DNA of 63,754 nucleotides, counting the filler, from Hyphochytrium catenoides (taxonomy: Eukaryota > Protista > Hyphochytriomycota), in the NCBI GenBank assembly GCA_900088475.1. It is 9 parts of 9 records of this genome, joined end to end, with 100 filler letters (N's around TTAATTAATTAA, not from the genome) between each part and the next. Parts side by side here need not be neighbours in the genome. Positions count along the whole stretch, not along the records: positions 56,482 to 58,664 come from FLMG01002731.1; positions 58,765 to 59,940 come from FLMG01000490.1; positions 60,041 to 63,754 come from FLMG01003622.1; 6 more parts are not named here. One strand, given 5' to 3'. A program made the position numbers and the translations under genes. Below are positions 57,521 through 63,754 of this stretch, piece by piece. The stretch's first letter is position 1; every line of letters starts with the position of its first letter. The notes below the pieces were generated by a model that had not been told where the DNA came from, made no database searches, and worked only from the letters and a program-made list of their open reading frames with translations.

Positions 57521-58973
57521 CGTCTCTGCACCACCCCATTTCTGAAGGTCCCTCTCCTTTGCTCTTTGTCTTAATTTTCTCATCCCTCCATGCTCTTTAT
57601 ATAAAGTGCTCATCCTGTCATTCTGTCCCATTAGATATTGTTTTCTTTATCTAAATGCCTCTCACCTTTTTTGCGACATCTCGCCTTCTTGGCGTCCACT
57701 CCACTTCGCCGCGGCTGCTTCACTCCGCATGTTTCCCCGAACTCCGTTCTGTGCACCCATCCTTTCCTGGCTAAACGCCATCCTATATTACTGCCCTCCT
57801 CCTCCTTGGTGCAACCCTAGGTGGNNNNNNNNNNNNNNNNNNNNNNNNNNNNNNNNNNNNNNNNNNNNNNNNNNNNNNNNNNNNAAGCCTTGGTGGGGTC
57901 CGTTAGCCCCTGTTCTTACCTTGGCTGGCCAGATCCCGATGCAGGCAAACAAGCAGAAGAAGACTTTCGCGGTAACTACTCAATGCGACTTTCCTTCAGA
58001 GGCAGTGTTTTACCTAGATAAGAGAGAATCCTATAAAAGAGCAAGGGCAATGTGATTGAGACTTTTAAGAGAGAGGAAAGAAGGCATAAGGGGTGAAGAG
58101 AAAGAGTAGGTTGTAAGACTCTCTAGGGCAGTAGAGAGAGAAGAGCAGAGGAAAGGAGCCCAGCTATTGACTGCAAGTGCTGGGATAACTCCTCCCTCGC
58201 TTGGCTAAAGTTTAAATCAGCCTTTCAGTGGTGAGTTCTGGGTCCAATACACCTGGCAGCATGTAGCACACACAGATCAGCTAGGTGCCAGCTGTTCTGA
58301 TAAAAGTCTGTCTAACGTTCTCTATTAGCATAAGTACCAGCCTGCTATGTGCTCGGCTCGACGTTAGCCAGACCAGGTGCCAGCTTCAATAGCATACGGA
58401 AGGTGCCAGTCTTATACTGCTGACGTTCAGCCTCTGCTTATTTGGAACTGAATATAGATGAAGCGCTTGGCTTCTGAGACGTTCATTGTATGGTCTCCTC
58501 GTAGGTCATAGAACATCTTCTTCAAGGGGACCTACAATCACGCTGCTGACCTACAGAGATGTTAGCCTTCTCCTGGTACTCAGCTTTGAAAACTTCCTGC
58601 AGTAGCTTGACGACGGCTGCGTTCAAGTTAACGAAGTTCTCCTTTCTCTCCTCTGTTCCGTGGTNNNNNNNNNNNNNNNNNNNNNNNNNNNNNNNNNNNN
58701 NNNNNNNNTTAATTAATTAANNNNNNNNNNNNNNNNNNNNNNNNNNNNNNNNNNNNNNNNNNNNTCTCTCTCTCTCTCTCTTTCTCTTCCTTTAACTTTT
58801 TCATCTTCGTTCCGCCTCTCCTTTCCTGCCTGGAGAGTCAGGGAAAAAGCTGTCTTGCTGGCAATAACCATAACCCCTCTCTTCTTCTTTCCGTTTCCCC
58901 CTCTCTTATTCTCTCTCTCTCTCTGTGTGTGTCTCTCTCTCTGTGTCTCTCTCTTCTCTTCTGTCCTGACAGG

Positions 58974-59655
58974 TCAAAGACAAAAAGAGCAGAAGTTGAG
59001 TTCACTTCTGCTGAGATCGCCCCCGCTCTTTCCTCTCCTTCGGCTTCGTCTCTCCTTCCTCCTTCCACTTCTCCCTCTCCCGCTGTGGCCGTTGGAAGCT
59101 CTGTCTCGGGGCACATCAACCTCTTTGAAGACTTTGAGAAGGCCACTGGGGGAAATGCCGAGTACGAGGTCCGATTATACTGCTCTTTCTCTCTCTCTCN
59201 NNNNNNNNNNNNNNNNNNNNNNNNNNNCCCTCTCTCCGACTACTCTCTCTCTATCCGTCTTTCCTTCCTCTCAGCACTCTCTCTGCCCGTCTTCCTCTTC
59301 CTCACGTCTCCCTCTCTCTCCATCTATGTACTACTGCTCCAAGTGTACCTCTCGCAATCTCTAAAGTCCTTTCATCATCTCTATCGGAGTCGCTGTTTAT
59401 GTCTTGCGCGCCCTCTGTCTCTTATTAGTGCGCCGCGTGCTCTCTCTCTCTCTCTCTCTCTCTCCTTTCTCCCCCTCTTCCCTCGTTCTGTTTCTCTCTC
59501 TTGCTTGAGCCGCCTCTGTGCCCTGTAGAGACTAAACTGTTGATTGTGCTGCTTAGAAAGAACAAAAGGAGAGAGAGCTGAAAGAGCTCCGGAGGCTGGG
59601 CGTCGCTCCCCTGGCGCTAGGTCAGAGTGTCAAGGACCGGCCCAAGGATCTGAAG
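58974..59655 (+). CDS. LENG1: LENG1-like (leukocyte receptor cluster member 1) fragment
   Basis: Spliced GHINLFEDFEKATGGNAEYE|KEQKERELKELRRLGVAPLALGQS resembles LENG1 (LF...GN.EYE.EK...LG....LGQS). Confidence 0.65.
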
Positions 59656-60040
59656 GTAAGTCCTCTCGAAGAAAGATGACGAGAGGGAGGCAGAGACAGA
59701 CAGAGACGAGATAAGGAGAGAGAAACAAGAGAAAGAGAGATGGAGGAGGAGGCCCCATGAAATGAGAGAGAGAACAAGACGAAAGTTAGTGGAAGAGAAC
59801 AGCTGTTTCGCTTTCAAGAAGCCTCTACGTACAGAAAATAAGAGAAAAGACCGCCTGGGAAGACGTAATGCGACGGCTGTGGTGGGAGCCCCACACAGAA
59901 GAGGAGAGAGAGTGAGAAAAGAGAGAGAGAGAGAGAGAGANNNNNNNNNNNNNNNNNNNNNNNNNNNNNNNNNNNNNNNNNNNNTTAATTAATTAANNNN
60001 NNNNNNNNNNNNNNNNNNNNNNNNNNNNNNNNNNNNNNNN

Positions 60041-60395
60041 TTCTCTCCCTTTGCTCTCTCCTCCTCTCCTTCTTCTTACCTTGAGATGTCTCTCCTGGCA
60101 GAGAGAGGGAGAGACTCTACTACGTTGCTCCGCCTTAAGGGACTGGTCCTTTCGGGGTTCCGAGGGAGAGAGAGATAGAGAGACAATGGCCCGCGGCCGC
60201 CAACGCAACTCCCAGCAGGACAATGAGAGAGAACATAATAAAAGAGATAAAAAGAGAAAACATGCCAGAGAGAGAGACAAGAGAAAGAAAGAACAAAAAA
60301 GAGAGAGAATGAAGGCAAAGGAAGAGAGAGAGAAAGAGAGAGAACGCAAAACATAGCGATACAGGTCATAACAAAAAACACAAGTATAGGTAAGG

Positions 60396-60431
<36 letters not shown>

Positions 60432-62368
60432 CAAACGGCGGTAACAAATGAAAGAGGAGAAAATGAGGGAAGAGAAGAGGAGAGAAAGACAGGTAATGAC
60501 CAAGAAAAACAGCAGTCAATTGATAAAACAGGAGGCCAACCCAAAAAGCAAAGATCAAAAGGCAAAACAAAGAAGGAACAAGAACAGAGANNNNNNNNNN
60601 NNNNNNNNNNNNNNNNNNCTCGGGAGCTTTGAGTCTCTCCTTCATCCGCCAGGCATGAGACACCCAAGAAAAAAAGAAAGAGAGAGAGAGAGAGAGCTCT
60701 TGGAGAAGCTGGAGAGGGAGAGGGAGGTGTGCGGGAGAGAGAGAGCGGCCTCTCTTGGGACACTGAGCCGCCTGCTGGTGTGCTGGAGAGAGAAGACAGT
60801 GTCGTCAGAAAAAAAGTGGGGAAATGCAGAGTAAATAAGCAGCTTTGCAGACATAGAGAGACTGAGAAGGGAGAGATAGAGAGAGAAAGGGAGAGAGAGA
60901 GAAAAGAAAGAAAAAAAAGAGAGAGAGAAAGACAGAGAGATAGAGAACGAAAGTAAAAGAGAAAGAGAGAGAAATCCAAGGAGAAGTAGTAGCAGGGAAG
61001 AAGAGCGAAAGGATTGACTTACATCGGCGCGAGCCAGCGTCCCGCCCTAAGACAGAGGATCCTGCGCGTGGGTACTCTTGACTATGGCAGGATCCACTTC
61101 CGGGGGAGAGAGAGGAGAGAGATGGGAGAAGAAAGACCAAGAGAGAGAGAGAGAGAGAGAGTGGGTCTCGTCCACCAGTCCAGAGAGAGAGAGAGAGAGG
61201 TTGAGACTGGAGGACTACAGAGCACGGAGCCTGCAAAACAGTCGTCAGCCAAAGCGTGAGGTCAAGTCAGCCTGATAAAAAGAAAGACAAAGAGAGCAAA
61301 AACCAAAAACTCTGGAAAGAGTCCGACAAAGAGAGAGTATAGAGACTAGAAGGAGAAAGAGAGGAGAGACAAAGCTCAGGAGAGAGAGAGAGAGAGAGAG
61401 TCAGGAGTGTCACTCACTTTATGTTAAGCCGCCGAGGGCACGGAGCTCCTGGCGCTGAGGCGGCTGGAGCGGCGGACAGTCAGGCTGGCGACTCCTTGGC
61501 TGGCTCTCTGTCCATGGCAGAGGAAACGGGAAGAGCAAACAAATGAGAAAGAGAAAGAGAGAGACAGAGAGAGAGAGAAAGAGGGGATAAAAGGGAGGTA
61601 AAAGTTACCCTGAGTTGGCGGAGAAATTTGTCCAGATAGGGAACTTTTGCCACCTTGAAAGAGAGAACAAAACGGAGAATCGACATACCAAGCCGCAGAG
61701 AGAAAAGAGATCAGAAGAAAGAGAGCAACAGAGAGAAAGAGCAAGAGAGAGAAAGAAAAAGAGAGAAAAGGAGGGTGTACCTTCTTGCTTGGAACGGAAG
61801 CGAAGTAGGTTCCCAGATCTGCAGCGGAGGACGACGAGGAAGAGAGAGAGAGAGACGGCTCCGCTGAGGGGAGGAGAGAGGGAGCTCCTGCGGTCCGGGA
61901 AGCACGAGAGGATGGCCTGCGCGAGGGCTGACAAGAGAAAGAGAAGACAAATGAGGAGATAGATAAAAGACAGAGTGAACAAATAGAGAATGTTAACAGT
62001 GGATGCCGCCAGACGAGAGAGAAAGAGAGATAGAAAGAAAGCGATGCAGAGCAAACAAGAATAGGCGAGTCAGAAAGAATAATAGTCGAAAGGAGGAATG
62101 GAAGGGGCCAGAGCAGAAAGCCCTAACCCTAAGAAAGAGAGAGAGAAGGAAGAGAGAGAGAGAGAAGAAAGAGAGAGAGAGAGGGACATACCGCTGTGGG
62201 GACAGTGGCCTGTGGTACTGTCGTGGCTCTCTGGCTGTCTCTATGGGAGAGATCGGCACTCTGTCTCGGTGGTAGTTCCAGATGCTGAGGCTTCACAGAG
62301 GAAGAGAGAGAAGGAAGGGAGACGCTGCTGCCTCTGGAGGATTGCTGACGAACGCGTGGACCTAGGAC

Positions 62369-62407
<39 letters not shown>

Positions 62408-62542
62408 TCAGCAGATCAATCCTCTCGGAGCTGAAGAGATCCAAAAGAAGCAAGGTTTGGGATAGATTTTTATAAGATTGTAAGAATGCGGTGAGAAAAA
62501 CAGACAGAGAGAGAGCGAAAGACAGGGCGAGAGAGGGAGAGA

Positions 62543-62580
<38 letters not shown>

Positions 62581-62860
62581 NNNNNNNNNNNNNGGCGGCG
62601 ACGGCCAGGAAGCCAAGCAGAGGGAGGAGACAGTCCGGGATGTCAACAGAGATTTCTAGGGCGTATCCTTCTTCTTGATCTTCATTTACCTAAGGGTAAC
62701 AGGCGCGGTGAGAGGAGAGAGAGAGAGAGAGAGAAAAGAAGAAAAGAGAGAGAAAAAAGAAGAGATAGGTAGGTAGAGGACAGTTAGTATGTGAGGAGGA
62801 GGTAAGCCAAAGTAAGAATTGAGTGATTGTGACAGGCAACTCAATGGCAAGAGGCAAGAG

Positions 62861-62902
<42 letters not shown>

Positions 62903-63295
62903 ATGGAGACTGAGAGAGAGAGAGTATGAGAAAGACTTACTTCCGTTTCTCGTGTCGTCTCCTCCTCTCTCTCTTCGTTTATTTCAGAGAGATCATCCTT
63001 AGGCACTTGCTCCTCTTCCTCTTTCTGCTCATCGGACGTTTGAAAGGCGACTTGGCGCTTAAGTCGGGCCAACTCTTCTTGGTCAAACTGTGGGACCGAG
63101 AGAGAGAGAGACACGAAGACAGAGAGAGAGAGAGGAAGAAAGAGGGATTGGTGAGGCAACGTAGAAGGAGGATCAATGGATGGATAAAGGAGAGAGAATT
63201 TTCTCACCTCAAGCTGCTCCTGAAGACGTTCGTTTTTCTGCAGTGACACCTGAAGGGCCAGTCTCAGTGCTTGAAGTTCCTTCTGCGCTGCCTGT
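60041..63295 (-). CDS. Partial multi-exon coiled-coil hypothetical gene
   Basis: Exon-like pieces AAQKELQALRLALQVSLQKNERLQEQLE, FDQEELARLKRQVAF...EEETTRETE and VPYLDKFLRQLR lie between CT-rich introns. Confidence 0.45.
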
Positions 63296-63754
63296 GAGCA
63301 GATATATATAGAGAGAGAAGGAGAAGAAAGAGTAAGATGGGGGGAGAGAGAGAGAGAGGGAGAGAGTTGTGCAGAGTCTACGGTCAGAGTATCGAAATGA
63401 CTTTTATTTTGAAAGCAATGGCTTTCCTTACAGGAATATTCTAGTCATTAGGGATACATGGAGAAAGAAGGCACAAATATTGGAGAGAGAGAGAGAGAGA
63501 GAGAGAAAGGAGGAGAAGTTCAGGATAAAGAGCCGCCCATGTCTTTCATTTGTACCTGGAGCTGTTCAGTCACCATCTCCCGTTCACGCTCAGAAGCCTG
63601 GAGAGCAAAAGGGAGAGGGAGAGAGAGACAAAGAGAGAGATGGTGAGAAATGGGATGAAGAAGAACGAAGTGTGAAAAAGCCAATCAATGCGAGAGGCTA
63701 TTGAAGGCAAGAGAGCTAGAGAGCAAGAAAGAGAGAGAAACAGAGAGAAAGTCA

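Noticed and set aside
21642-60040. TTAATTAATTAA repeated eight times
   Set aside because: It is an artificial six-frame-stop linker inside N runs, so adjacency across linkers has no biological meaning.
47742-63754. Long SLSLSL / RERERE ORFs
   Set aside because: These are translations of CT/GA microsatellites, which lack stop codons by composition.

Overview
This is eukaryotic (protist/algal) DNA with GT-AG introns and a TTAGGG telomere. A stramenopile-like origin is only an inference. The window is not one locus: nine contigs are joined by artificial 100-nt linkers (44 N + TTAATTAATTAA + 44 N). Contig 1 (1-21641) is gene-dense: mitochondrial carrier, cytochrome b561, PTGR3/ZADH2-like oxidoreductase, ARMC2, a six-kelch protein, a Rab32/38/29-type GTPase with a long N-terminal extension, a CinA-like/nucleotidyltransferase fusion and an IFI27/ISG12-family protein. 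Contig 2 holds a partial multi-pass membrane protein, possibly a class-3 lipase. Contig 3 (27519-51173) is mostly decayed transposons: RLE-type non-LTR 3' fragments with (TTC)n tails, a DIRS/Ngaro-type tyrosine recombinase with split repeats, and an oligopeptidase B pseudogene. Its clearly intact genes are three secreted proteins sharing a signal peptide plus LRxL propeptide-like motif, two of them with silk-like Gly/Ser/Ala regions. The short contigs hold DENN-domain and LENG1-like fragments, a frameshifted Ty1/copia RT, and a telomere with degenerate subtelomeric repeats. No CRISPR array, rRNA or tRNA was recognised. All family assignments come from recognising motifs by eye, not from database searches.
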